A stretch of DNA of 64,000 nt from the NCBI RefSeq assembly GCF_006345805.1, contig NC_043006.1, forward strand, positions 66,340,001 to 66,404,000, read 5' to 3'. The translations under genes and the position numbers were made by a program. The DNA comes from Octopus sinensis. Lineage: Eukaryota. Shown here piece after piece: positions 11,482 to 24,418 of this stretch. Every line of letters begins with the position of its first letter. The stretch's first letter is position 1. Under the pieces are notes generated by a model that saw nothing but the letters and a program-made list of their open reading frames with translations, was not told where the DNA came from and did not search any database.

Positions 11482-12176
11482 AAATCTACAGATTGCATCG
11501 CTTAAAAGAATTTCGTCAGCACTGGCAGATAGAACTGTGGCACCACAAGATTTCAACATGTGATACAACCGTTCAATCCGCTGGTGCTGACGAAATCACG
11601 TCAGCAGCAGCAGCAGTAGATAGGACTGTGGCACCACGAGATTTCAACATGTGATAAACCGTCCAATCCGCTTGTGCAGACGAAATCACGTCAGCAGCGG
11701 CAGATGAGACTGTGCCACCACGAGATTTCAACATGCGATACAACCGTCCAATCCGCTTGTGCAGACGAAATCACGTCAGCATCGGCAGATAGGACTGTGG
11801 GGCTACGAGATTTCAACATGTGATACAACTGTTCAATCCGTTTGTGCAGACGAAATCCCGTCAGCAGCGGCAGATGAGACTGTGCCACCACGAGATTTCA
11901 ACATGCGATACAACCGTCCAATCCGATTGTGCAGACGAAATCCCGTCAGCAGCGGCAGATGAGACTGTGCCACCACGAGATTTCAACATGCGATACAACC
12001 GTCCAATCCGATTGTGCAGACGAAATCCCGTCAGCAGCGGCAGATAGGACTGTGGGGCCACGAGATTTCAACATGTGATACAACCGTCCAATCCGCTGGT
12101 ATCGTGGCACCACACAATTTCAGTTCAATTCACCGATGCTGACGAAATTTCGAGAAGCGAAAGAATCTGCACATTT
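11482..12176. repeat. About 7 copies of an 85-bp minisatellite enclosed by 40-bp imperfect inverted repeats
   Basis: GATTTCAACATG recurs at 11549, 11640, 11724, 11809, 11894, 11979, 12064; flanks 11482-11521 and 12137-12176 match 30/40 ungapped as inverted repeats. Confidence 0.85.
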
Positions 12177-13328
12177 AACACTAAAAATCCATACGAGATG
12201 GTTTCCCCGGGTGCTTACTTCAGTCTACGGCGTTCGCATGCATGTACATGCACTCGTGCGCGTGGCGAACGCCTTGTACTACATGTACGGAGGTGGTGGG
12301 CGTGGGTGGATGCGTGTGCGCGTGTCTCATTTATATCTTTGCTGCTACATAAACTTTGGCGATGGTGGTGGCGGGGCCGATGTATTGGCTGTGTTCCCTC
12401 TCACTGTTACATTTTCACTCGTTCACCACTGCCTTTATTACATACATGCACACATACATATGAGCACAGGGCTTCTGTATAGTTTCCGCTGACTGTATTC
12501 TTGTCATAAACTATTTGATAATATGTAGCTACCGTAAAAGTCATGGGCCCCAATATGCTGCACTGTGGGATCGAAATTGAAACCACGTGGTTGTCTGTCG
12601 AATTTCTTCATCAGGAAGACAGTCTTCGACATATTTCTACTGGTATGTGTACGGTCGTCTATGTATGTATGTATGTTTGTATGTATGTATGTATGTATGT
12701 ATGTATATATGTATGTATGTATGTATGCATGTATGTATGTATGTATGTATGTATGTATGCATGTATATATGTATGTGTGTGTGTGTCTGCATGTATGTAC
12801 GTACGTATGCATGTATATATGTATGTTATATATGACATATGGACATTATTACACATAATATATCATTGTACGCAGATGTAATGTATGTATGTGCGTGTGT
12901 GTGATTAATTTGTGTTCGTTTGAGATTTTTTGTTATTTTGTAAAATGGCGTCTTTATTAGAAATATAATGTCAATATTGTACATTTGAATATACATAAAT
13001 TCATACACACATACATATATATACATATGTATATGTACACACAACGTATACAATATCTAGCTCCATACTGTGTGTGTATGTGTGTGTGTGCGTATCTATA
13101 TACATATGCACGATGTAAAACACTTTGATATATGCATCTTAATTAGTTATCACAATCTTTAATAAATACACATACATTTAGATATATGAATAAACATGGA
13201 CCCGTCAGTATACACACACACACACATATATATATATACATATATACACACACACACACATATATATATATACATATATATACACACACATTCATCTATC
13301 TTACCATCCATCTGGGTGTGTGTGTAGG

Positions 13329-13381
<53 letters not shown>

Positions 13382-13618
13382 GTACATATATATATGTGTA
13401 TGTATCTATATGTATATATATACATTTATATATATATTCATATATCTAAATATGTATATATATACATATATATGTGTGTGTGTGTGTGTATGTATCTGTA
13501 TATATATATATATGTATATATATATATGAACTTATTTATTCAAACATCTTTCTCTTTCTATCTTTGCATTTACAAGCACATACGCAACCCACACTCATGT
13601 TATATGTATTTATGTATA

Positions 13619-13662
<44 letters not shown>

Positions 13663-13691
13663 TATATATATATAATATATATCTATTAATG

Positions 13692-13722
<31 letters not shown>

Positions 13723-13990
13723 ACACGCACACACACGCATATATTTGATATGTTCCCGAGAACTTTAATAAACATGAACATAAATTAGATATCTCACATT
13801 CATACCATCATATAAATTAAATATCAACCATTTTAATATTAGCTGTGCATCATTTCCAGTTTAGCTTCTGTATTCCATTAGTAACTTTTTCTTTTACCTT
13901 TCTCTTATTGCATTTCAATTTATCTGATTAGTTTGGCTGTAAGCCTGCATGTCTCTCATTCTCCGTCAATCTAACCAACACGCATGTTTG

Positions 13991-14090
<100 letters not shown>

Positions 14091-14099
14091 CCTATCTAC

Positions 14100-14178
<79 letters not shown>

Positions 14179-14939
14179 CGTGTGGGACGAGTCGGTTTAT
14201 CAGCTGAGTCTATCGTCAATATTGTCACGCCTCCTTCCTTCAAACGGGAAGGAAGAGCTATTTTCATCATCCTTGTGGCTATGGCGAAAGAATGTATCTG
14301 GTGGACGCGTCTGAAAGGATTGGAGACAAACACTTTCCTCTCTGGTCAATCTCTCATCAACTTCTTCAAGTACCACTTGAAAAGGAAAGTGAGAGTAGAG
14401 AAGCAAGTTTTGTCTAGCGAACGTTTTAAAAAAAGATGGGTGAATGTAGCAAGGATGGCACGTATGAATGACGAAGCCACCTTTAGCATAATCCTATGAA
14501 CCCAGAAATCGAAAACAGAGGGTTATCCACTTGCAAACAAATGTGGTAACATATAACAATATTGACCAAGGTTACCGTGGTCTTTTTCGTAGGCTTTTCT
14601 TCCCACGGATAAACCTTACTTGCTTTCCCCTTTACACCATACATCATGACACTGTGATACACGATCCCTATTGATCGTTTTTTCCCTCTTCCCCTTTTTT
14701 CCTCTTTTTTCTTCTGTTTTCCTTTTTCTTTTCTTTTGTTCCTTTTCCCCTTTTTCTTTTTTCTTTTCTTTTTTTTGTTCTTTTTTCCCCTTTACGATCC
14801 CTTTTGATCGAAAACCTACGCCACCTTTTTTTTGTTTCTTTTGTTTTTTTGCTTTTTGCTTTTTTCATCTCCCAAAAGAAAAGCTCTACCTTGTAACTTG
14901 TCCCATCTGTGTGCAACCCTGTGTGGTCAATAAAGAAAC
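14179..14939 (+). mobile_element. 5'-truncated Tx1/L1-like LINE 3' end inserted in (TATC)n
   Basis: ORF2-like C-terminus [35 protein letters not shown] (stop 14499), T-rich 3' UTR, AATAAA at 14929-14934; (TATC)n arrays on both sides (about 13990-14178 and 14941-15162). Confidence 0.65.
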
Positions 14940-15020
<81 letters not shown>

Positions 15021-15028
15021 CATCCATC

Positions 15029-15063
<35 letters not shown>

Positions 15064-15064
15064 C

Positions 15065-15162
<98 letters not shown>

Positions 15163-15404
15163 AGTTTTGATAGAATGACAAGTTAATATAAAATGTTTGA
15201 CGGAAAATCTGTGATGAATTTGTTTCACAGAAAGTTGTATTTTTGTTGTTTGACAGAAAGTTTGCAATATATACAACGTCCGTTTATTGTTTGACAGAAA
15301 CATGTTCCTATACGCTGTTTGTTAATTGACAGTGCCTTGTGATGAAGATCACTGCTCAGTGAACGAATTTTCATGAAAAGAAAGATATGCTATTACAGTC
15401 ATAC

Positions 15405-16001
15405 AGGTGAGCTGGCAAGAATGTTAGCACGCCGAGCGAAATGCTTGGCGGTATTTCGTCTGTCTTTATGTTCTGAGTTCAAATTCCGCCGAGGTCGACT
15501 TTGCCTTTCATCCTTTCGGGGTCGATAAATTAAGTACCAGTTACGCACTGGGGTCGATGTAATCGACTTAATCCATTTGTCTGTCCTTGTTTGTCCTCTC
15601 TGTGTTTAGCTCCTTGTGGGTAGTAAAGAAATAGGTATTTCCTCTGCCGTTACGTTCTCAGTTCAAATTCTGCCGCGGTCGACTTTGCCATTCATCCTTT
15701 CGGGGGTCGATAAATTAAGTACCAGTTGCGACTGGGTTGATCTAATCGACTGGCACCCTCCTCCAAAATTTCGAGCCTTGTGTCTAGAGTAGAAAAGAAT
15801 ATTGTTAGTATCAGCAAGGCGGCGAAATACATAGTAGTATTTCGTCTGTCGCTACGTTTTGAGTTCAAATTCCGCCGAGGTCGACTTTGCATTTCATTCT
15901 TTCGGGGTCTATGAATTAAATACCAGTTACGTACTGGGATCAGCCTAATCGACTGGCCCCTTCCCCCAAAATGTCGGGACTCGTGCCTAGAGTAGAAAAA
16001 G
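15405..16001 (+). mobile_element. Tandem trimer of SINE family B
   Basis: Three successive GAGTTCAAATTCCGCCGAGGTCGACTTTGC..TTCGGGGTCGATAAATTAAGTACCAGTT modules (B-box-like GAGTTCAAAT). Confidence 0.9.
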
Positions 16002-16062
16002 TTATACAGTCATATAGTAACTAGCGAATTCAAATTGTTCAGCTTCATATGGTCAATTGAAG

Positions 16063-16345
16063 GCACGTGGTTAGTGGTTAGTGTATGCAGTTCACGAATT
16101 TATGGTCGTGTGTTTGATTTCCGGCGGCGTGCTGCGTCCTTGAGCAAGACTCTTTATTTTCATGTTGTTTCATGCAGTCCACTCGGCTTGCAAAAATGAG
16201 TTGTACCAGTAATTCAATAGGCCAGCCTTGTCACATTCTGTGTCATGCTGAATCTCTTTGAGAACTACGTTAAGCATGCACGTGTCTGTGGAGCACTCAG
16301 CCATTTGCACGTTAATTTCACAAGGAAGCTGTTTCGTTGGCCTCA
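16063..16345 (+). mobile_element. tRNA-headed SINE family C, degenerate
   Basis: GTGGTTAGTG..CTTGAGCAAGAC..GTCCACTC..GAGAACTACGTTAAG..CACTCAGCCATTTGCACGTTAA, matching the reverse complement of 8055-8135. Confidence 0.7.
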
Positions 16346-16699
16346 CCAAAAGGAGAACTTGTCGTAACCGACGGTGTGCCACTATATCATATGGTTGTAA
16401 ATGTGCTATGATAGAAAGGGTAGGATTTTCGGACTAAAATGATGAATTTTTTTGTCGCCATTTTGTTACAGGAACAGTTCGATGTATTGGCAAACAATCA
16501 ACGGGGTTTGTGTACATAGGGATTACAGTTGCAACTGAGAAAATGTTAGCTGAAATGGAGGACTGGAGGCCATGTGGATACTGGAAAAGAGTTACCTGTA
16601 TCATGATGATCCGCGCTACCTTTCAAAATGCCGACATCGTGACTTCTCTTTAATTTTCTGTGATCATTGTAAAGGTTGTAAGATGTAAAATGGGTGCTG

Positions 16700-17270
16700 C
16701 AATGGAGAGTACGAAGCCGTGGTCTGCACGTCGGAATTAATCTCCACATCTTTGAACTTGACCTTAGGCTTAATAGAGACGGCTATGCGTAGCTGCTGGA
16801 GACTGTGGTCAAACCCTGATTGGAGAAGGTTGCTGCTGAAAGGCCATATGTGTGACAGCAGGATTCAACTCCTTGTCTTATCATCGGAAAGAGTCAGAAG
16901 TGGTTGCCGGAGAATTTCTACGACTTCGTCAGACCTAATTTCTGGCGTTCTAATTTCCCCGCTTGTAAATCCATAGATTTCTATTCATGGGGCACAGTTG
17001 GGAAAGACACCAACTGTTCTGCCAGAAACACCAAGGCCAAGTTGGTGGCCAAGATCACTGAAGTGTTCGAAGACCTTCTCAGGGACACAGTAGAGAACGC
17101 AAGCGCCAGGCCACGGAACCCTAACCCTAACCCTAACCCTAACCCTACTGTGAATAAACTGTTATCTCCTATCCATAATCTAGTTGATAATCTAAATTTT
17201 TATTCTTGAACGAGATATTGTATTTTCTTTTCCTCTTTGGCAAACTATCAAATTTATCCCGGATATCCTG
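16700..17270 (+). mobile_element. Decayed Tc1/mariner-superfamily (maT/DD37D-like) transposase 3' half with right TIR
   Basis: LLETVVKP*..RPYV*QQDSTPC..SQKWL.ENFYDFVRPNFW..DFYSWGTV..TKAKLVAKITEVF; end TTTATCCCGGATATCCTG|TA; subfamily assignment tentative. Confidence 0.7.
17117..17146 (-). repeat. Interstitial telomeric repeat (TTAGGG)5
   Basis: Five perfect AACCCT units on the plus strand. Confidence 0.9.
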
Positions 17271-17869
17271 TATTTTATAAATGTCTTTCTATATATTATA
17301 CACCTTTGTGTGATGTGCGCATAAGTTTGTGTCATGCGTGTATTTTATAATATATACCGTCATTTTGTGTGTTTATTTATATTTAATATGAACGTTTTGT
17401 GTGTTTATGTGTATATAACATATTCTTTTTCTGATTTTTATAAGTGCTTTTGCTGCTTTATGTATTTTGTGCGTGATGTATATACATTTCGTGTATTTTG
17501 TGTGTCTGAGTATATTTAATGTATATTTAGTGTTAGACTTTTTGTGTTTTTGCATAGATTTCATACGTAGAGTGCATATATTTTATATAGGTTTTGTATG
17601 AATTTTACGCGTTATGTGTGTTTTCTGCCCTTTCGTGTATATTCTGTTTTTACATGTGCATTTAAAGTATATTTTATGTCATTCGTATATTTTATGCGTC
17701 TGTTTTATGTGTTTTACGTGAGATTGTTTTTTTGTCAGGTTTTACCTGTGTTATATATTTCCCTTCCGTATTTTACATTCGATGTATACGTAATTTTATT
17801 TAGTTTATCTATTTTATTAATTTATTTGATGCGTGTTTACATATTCTACATATCATTTTAGAGTGATTA

Positions 17870-17911
<42 letters not shown>

Positions 17912-17922
17912 GTATATATATA

Positions 17923-17955
<33 letters not shown>

Positions 17956-18089
17956 GTATACATATGTGTACAGTTATATGCACTTTAGATATACGAAATT
18001 ATATATGTATGTATATATATCTATATATCTATATAAAGATATAATATATGTATGTATTTTTATATATATATATATATATAAATACATAC

Positions 18090-18132
<43 letters not shown>

Positions 18133-19159
18133 TATATATATATATATCTATATATCTATATATATATATAACATATCTATATATATATACATATATATAT
18201 ATATGCATGCCTATATATATGATGTATGTATATATATATACAAACGGTTTGTGTAAAAACTTTTGCGTGAGTGCGCATTCGCGCGTATTCATGCGCATGT
18301 GTGAGACTCATGTCTGTGGTGTGTATTAATGTGCATGCGTGTGTATGTGTGTGTGTGTGTGTAGTGTATGCACCCAGTGTATGTATATATGGTGTTTTGT
18401 GTGTACGTGGTATCTGTGCCATATATTAGTGTAAGCATTTTAATGCAGGTTTTAGGTGTGCGCACGAGTGTACGCATGTGCGCGTGGAGGCTGCTGTATT
18501 TCTGCATATCCTTTTCCACACGCCATTAGTCGTGAGTGTGCGTCTGAAGAAGTGTGTGAAGGCGTAGCTATATGTGAGTGTGAGCGTGTGTATGTGTGTT
18601 TATGTGAGCGTGTGTGTGCGTGCGTGTGTGTGTGTGAGCGCGCACGTGTGTGTGTGAGCGCGCACGTGTGTATGTGTGTGTGTGAGAGAGAGAGTGAGTG
18701 AGAGCGTGTGTGTGAATGTGTGTGCGTGAGAGAGAAAGAGAGAGAAACCGTGAGAGAGAGAGAGAGAGAGTGTGTGTGCGTGTGGCTGTGTGTGGGAGAG
18801 AGAGTGTATGTGTGCGTGTGTGAGAAAGACAGAGTATGTGGCTGTGTGTGTGAGAAATTATGTGTGGATGTGTGTATGTGTGTGTGAAAGAGAAAGAGAG
18901 TGAGAGAGAGTGTATGTGTGGCTGCGTGTGGGAGAGAGAGAGTGTGTGTGCGTGTGTGAGAAAGTGAAAGTGTGTGGCTGAGTGTGTGAGGAGAGTGTGT
19001 GTGAGAGAGAGAGAGAGAAAGAGAGTGAGGGAGAGTGTGTGAATGTGTGTGTGTTAGAGAGAAAGAGTGTGTGTGTGTGTATGTGTGTGTGCGTATGTTT
19101 TTTGATCCGTTTTTAAATGTTTTAAAATTGTTTCGTTGGTAGTGGAGTAACGAGAGAAC

Positions 19160-20007
19160 TGCGAAAGTGGTGGCGGCGGTGGCAACGGCGGCGATGGTGG
19201 GGACGGGTACAGCAGTGGTGGTGGCAGTGGCGATGGTGATGGTCATGATGATGCTGGTTGTACCAGCGGTGGTGGTTGTGGTGGTGTTGGTGTTGGCGGT
19301 ATCGGTGGTGGCATTGGTGGTAATGGCCCTAACAGTGACGGTGGTGTCAGTGGTGGTGCTGGTAGTGGCTGTGGTGAAGGTGATAGTAGTGGTGATTGTA
19401 GCAGTGGTGATTGTGATGGTAGTGGTGTTGGTGGTGGCTGGTGAGATGGTGGTAGTAACAATGCGTTTTTCTTATGTGTTCAAAAAGGCTTTCTTCGGTG
19501 GGAGAAAGAATGTTGTAGCTGTGGTGGAATTGTTATAGCCTGCAGTTGCGGTGGTGGTAGTGGTGGTGGTGGTGATGATAATGACGAGTATTTTTTTTAA
19601 TGTATTTGAAAATGCTTCGTGATACGATGGCAATGGATATTGTGATAATAGTGGTGGTGGTGGTGGTTGTGGACGCGGTGGTAGTTTTGGTGGTGGTTTT
19701 TGGTGGAGGTGGTGGAAATGGTGGGGGCGGAGGAGGTGGTGCGGTGGTGGCGGTGGTAGTTTTGGTGGTGGTTTTGGTGGAGGTGGTGGAGGTGGTGGTG
19801 GAGGTAGTGGTGGTGGCGGTGTTGTGCTATTATTTGCTAACTGGGAAAGGCGACGGCTGTTGTAGAGGTGGTAGAAGCAGCAAGCAGCAGCAGTAGCAGC
19901 ATTAGTAGTAGTGGTAGAAGTAACAGTAGTTGTAGTGGTAGTAGTAGTAGTAAGAAAGTGGCAGCAGCAGCAGTAACAGCACCAGTAGTAGTGTAGTAGT
20001 AGTAGTA

Positions 20008-20043
<36 letters not shown>

Positions 20044-20790
20044 AGATGGTAGTGGTGGTGGTGTTTGAAGTGATGGCAGCAGTTGTAGTAGTAGCAGTAG
20101 TAGCTATAATAGTAATGTTGTTGTTCTTGTTGTAGTGGTGGTGTGGTAGATATGGGAGTGATGGTGCTGTTTTGGGTGGTAGTACTGTCGGTGGTGGAAA
20201 GAGAGAATTCCGTTCGAAATTTAAATTTCCAAAAAGTTTCACCGTTTTTCTGATTTGTTTTTTAGGAGAAAGAAAAACTCTTTTGGTTCGGGGCTAACAT
20301 TTTGGGCAACGATTGCATTAATGGTGGGTGAAAGGTGCAGGGTGGTGGTGGAGGTGGTAGTGGTGATGGTTGGGATGATAGAGGTGGTGGTGGTAGTGGT
20401 GGTGTAGTGGTGATGGTTGGAGTTGATAGTGGTGGTGTAGTGGTGATGGTTGGAGTTGATAGTGGTGGTGGTGGTGATGGTGATGGCCATGGCGGTAGTG
20501 GTAGTAGTGATGGCTGGAGGTGATAGTGGTGGTGGCGGTAGTGGTGGTAGTGATGGTGTTGATAGTGATGGCGGTGGTGGTAGTGATGATGGGGTGAAAG
20601 GTGCAGGGTGGTGGTAGAGGAGGTAGTAGTGGTGGGGAGTGGTGGTGATGGCGGTGGTTGTGATGGTTTGGGTGGTGGTGATGGCGGTGGTGATAGTTGG
20701 GGTGATGGTGGTGATAGTGATGGTTATGATGATGGCATAGAAGGGGCGATGGTGATGATGATGATGATGATGATGACCGTAGTTCGATGA
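19160..20790 (+). repeat. Long G/T-rich cryptic trinucleotide repeat (GGT/GAT/AGT mosaics)
   Basis: Directly visible; similar tracts at 44390-45420 and 46990-47350. Confidence 0.9.
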
Positions 20791-21075
20791 AACGATGCAT
20801 CACATAATTAACATAAACGTAGGTTTATGTTAATTATGACGTTCAGGTTTGATACGCCCGAGAGAGATAGAGAGAGAGAAAGGGAAAAGAAAGGGAGAGC
20901 GAGAGGGACAGGGTGAGAGAAAGATATAGAAAGAGGTGACAGAGATCAAAATAGGGGGCGAGAGAAGGGATAGGAAAAGGCGGTGAAACTTCAGGAAGGG
21001 AGGTGAGGGGGAAGACAGTTCAAAAATGTATGGACACTAGAAAACATGGAGACGAAATATATATACACATGTACA

Positions 21076-21332
21076 CAGTAAGCTGTCGCCACATCGCGGT
21101 TCACCTATCGCGGTTCACCTATCGCGGTTCACCTGTCACGGTTCACCTGTCGTGGTATATTATTTAAGTTTATGTCGATTTCTCCGTGGTGTTGCTTTGC
21201 ATTTATAATAAAATAGATACAAATTATATAAATAGATACAATTATATAAATTAAAAAAATACAATACAGTACTAAATTTTCACCTATCGCGTGGGGCTTT
21301 GAAACAACGCCCACGATAGTCGAGGGATACTG
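21076..21332. mobile_element. pogo/Tigger-like MITE with an internal 14-bp tandem repeat
   Basis: Ends CAGTA..TCGCC / CGAGGGATACTG|TA; (ATCGCGGTTCACCT) about 4.5 copies at 21093-21155. Confidence 0.6.
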
Positions 21333-21669
21333 TATATATATATATATATATTATCTATATATATATATATATATATACATGCATACATACATACATATAT
21401 ATTCATACTTATATATCTGCATAAACACATACGTAGATATATGAATGTATACATATATATATAGACATATATATATTATATAAAGATAGATATATATATA
21501 TATATATACATACATATATACGCATATATATATATATATACGTATATGTATATATATTCATACACACACACACACACATATATATATATTATATATAGAG
21601 AGAGAGAGAAATATACACAAGTATATATATATATATTATATATATATATATATTAATATATATAATATA

Positions 21670-21782
21670 CAGGCTTCTTTCAGCTTCCATTTACCAAATC
21701 CCCTCACAAGGCTTTAGTCGACCCGAAATTACAGTAGAAGATATTTGCTGAAGGTACCACGGAGTGGGACTGAAATCAAAAC
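21670..21782 (-). mobile_element. SINE family A head fragment
   Basis: GGCTTCTTTCAG..CCAAATCCCCTCACAAGGCTTT..AGTGGGACTGAA. Confidence 0.75.
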
Positions 21783-22384
21783 CATACATACATACATACA
21801 TACCTACCTACCTACCTACATACATACATACATACATACATACATACATACATACATACATACATACATACATACATGGGTGTGTGTGTATGTGTCCATG
21901 TATGTGTGTTTTTGTACAACACACCTTAAATTAGAAATGAAATAAATATAAATATACTACAAAGTGTAGTTTCGAAAAGAAAGTAAATACATTCTATTGT
22001 TGTACAGAGGGAGAGAGAGAGAGGGAGAGATAGAGATAGAGATAGAGAGAGTTAGAGATAGAGAGTGAGAGAGAGAGTGAGAGTGAAAGAGAGAGAGAGA
22101 GAGGGGAGTGTCGTGACGGACCGTTATGCGGTTGTTGACCGATCGTCAGAGACGGCGCATCTGTCTTCCTTTAATCGTTCGTACAGATCACGGGCTATAT
22201 AAAGCAATCATGAACTAATTAGCATATTTGTACTTTAGACGGCTTGTTAATTATTAAACTATTTATAATTTAAGCAACTTTAATCAAAGCAAGAATGTAT
22301 TTTAATACGACAAACAATCACTGCAGGTAAAATAATGGAGACATTTTCTTTCTGCTACATTATAAAGATATACAGATGAAACAA

Positions 22385-22920
22385 AAATACTCTGTTGTTG
22401 ATGTTGAAATTCCAATGAAGGAGACTTGGATCTGAGTTAGAAACCGGTTCTTTCTCTATTGGCAAGAAATCCTGAAATAAACTGAATAATGACATACATA
22501 CATACACACATACATACACACACACATACATACATACATACATACATACATACATACATACATACATACATACATACATACATACATACATACATACATA
22601 AGTAACGAACGGAAGACACTCGACATTAAGGTGGAGATGGATAAATAATTCCTTGAATAAAAATTGTTGTTCCCGTTGTCCCAGTAATGGTTCCAATTTG
22701 ACGGATTTCAGCGACTTTTTTGCCATCGGAATTCAAATCACAGAGATCATTCTGCCATTAAAGCTCGCGAAAAAGTTACATACTTATATTCATACGTATG
22801 TATGTATGTCATTATTCAGTTTATTTTAAGATATCTTGCCAGTAGAGAAAGAACCGGTTTCTAACCTAGATCCAAGGATCTTTCATTGGAATTTTAACAT
22901 CAACAACAGGGTATTTTTTT
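22385..22920. repeat. Inverted pair of a roughly 115-bp interspersed repeat associated with (TATG)n
   Basis: 22385-22495 is the reverse complement of 22807-22920 (core AGAGAAAGAACCGGTTTCTAAC..GATCCAAG); internally deleted third copy at 23031-23075. Confidence 0.8.
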
Positions 22921-23115
22921 ATGTATGTATGAATGTATATATGTATGTATGTATATATGCATGTATGTATGTATGTATGTATGCATGTATGTATGTATGT
23001 ATGTATGTATGTATGTATGTATGCATGTATGGCATTATTCAGTTTTTTTCAACATCAACAGAGTATTTTTGTTTGTATGTATGTATGCATGTATGTATGT
23101 ATGTGTGTATGTTTG

Positions 23116-23149
<34 letters not shown>

Positions 23150-23249
23150 TGTATGTATGTATGTGTATCTAAATATGTATGTGCAGATTTGTATGTTTTT
23201 ATGTATGCATTCTCATGCATATGGTTGCATATCTAGACATGCTCATATA

Positions 23250-23655
23250 TGTTTAAATGATAAACAGGAAAGTTTTACAGAGTTTTACAGTTCCAGTGAT
23301 AGATTGGCTTTGTAGTCTTCGAATTAGCTTTCTCCTTTCTGGTTTTGAGAAGCCTAGTTTGTGAAGACTAGTATTTAGGCAGTGTGTTACATATCCCAAG
23401 GCCCCAATAATTACCGTATAAACCTGAACTTGTAATCAGATTTATCAATAGTTCAACATAGGTGTCCTCGTTTTCGCTGATCTTCAGCGTTGTGTTAACA
23501 TCCGCTGAGCGGCTAATTTCCACAACTGTGCACAGTTTCTCTTCTGTATCACAAATCATTATATGAGTCTGTTGTGCTTACATTTTATTGAGGTCTTCAC
23601 GGGGACATTCCACAGCATTCCTTATCATTATGAATGGTTATGGTTTCCACCATAC
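23250..23655 (-). mobile_element. REL-endonuclease 3' fragment of another R4-like non-LTR retrotransposon
   Basis: Minus strand, across frameshifts: WNVPVKTSIKCKHNR..IMICDTEEKLCTVVEISRSADVN..ENEDTYVELL..YWGLG. Confidence 0.6.
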
Positions 23656-23702
23656 TGTGAATATATATATTCATGTATATACACACACACACACACACAC
23701 AC

Positions 23703-23764
<62 letters not shown>

Positions 23765-23865
23765 TATATATACATACATGCATTTGTGTATATATTCATA
23801 CGTATTCGCACGCATAATATAGACATAGAAATGCATATATATTAACATATATACGTATTCGTATG

Positions 23866-24418
23866 TCAGGTCACTTTCGAGTGCTACTGGTAACATGTAA
23901 CCCAGTACAACCTATTGCATGGTCGGGTCGTCGGCGACTAAACCGGCAACCCCACCAAGCTTGCTTGGTGATGAGGGTCTTTATTGGACACCCTGCTGGA
24001 TGAAAAACAAAACCCATCAAAGGGCGGAGGAACTCTTGAGAGTCAACGGCCATCCAATAAATGTCTTAAGGCTGTATCATGTGCGGGGACATAGAAATAA
24101 TCGGACTGAATACCCGATCGCGCGGTTAAACCAGTGGGAGTGAAGGACTCCCAGCCTTTATTAGGGCATCCTTCTAGGAGAAGGTAACTCAGGTAACTGG
24201 GATAACTCCGACATAAAACCTGCGTCTCGGTGGTTACCGATGATGTTGACATGTTCTTCTTTTCGGATTATGGCTGCTGTTGCTTAGTGAGTGGGATTGA
24301 CTCAGTGCACAGCCTTTTCTTACTTTAAAAAAATCTTCTTGCACAGGCATTGCACGATAACAACATTGATTAAGCTTCGTGCAATGGCCATACTCGATAA
24401 GGAGGGGGCAGCCACCAT
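23866..24418 (+). mobile_element. Non-autonomous bipartite RTE-like element (5' UTR-like head and 3' end) with (TATG)n tail
   Basis: 23866-24226 closely matches 48346-48698 and contains GGGCATCCTTCTAGGAGAAGGTAACTC; 24370-24418 matches the 3' end of the zinc-finger-coding LINE fragment at 48021-48069 (minus). Confidence 0.65.

Noticed and set aside
11525-12110. 85-bp array or the 32-bp blocks at 35224-36332 as CRISPR-like arrays
   Set aside because: Units are contiguous with no unique spacers, there are no cas-like ORFs, and the context is eukaryotic
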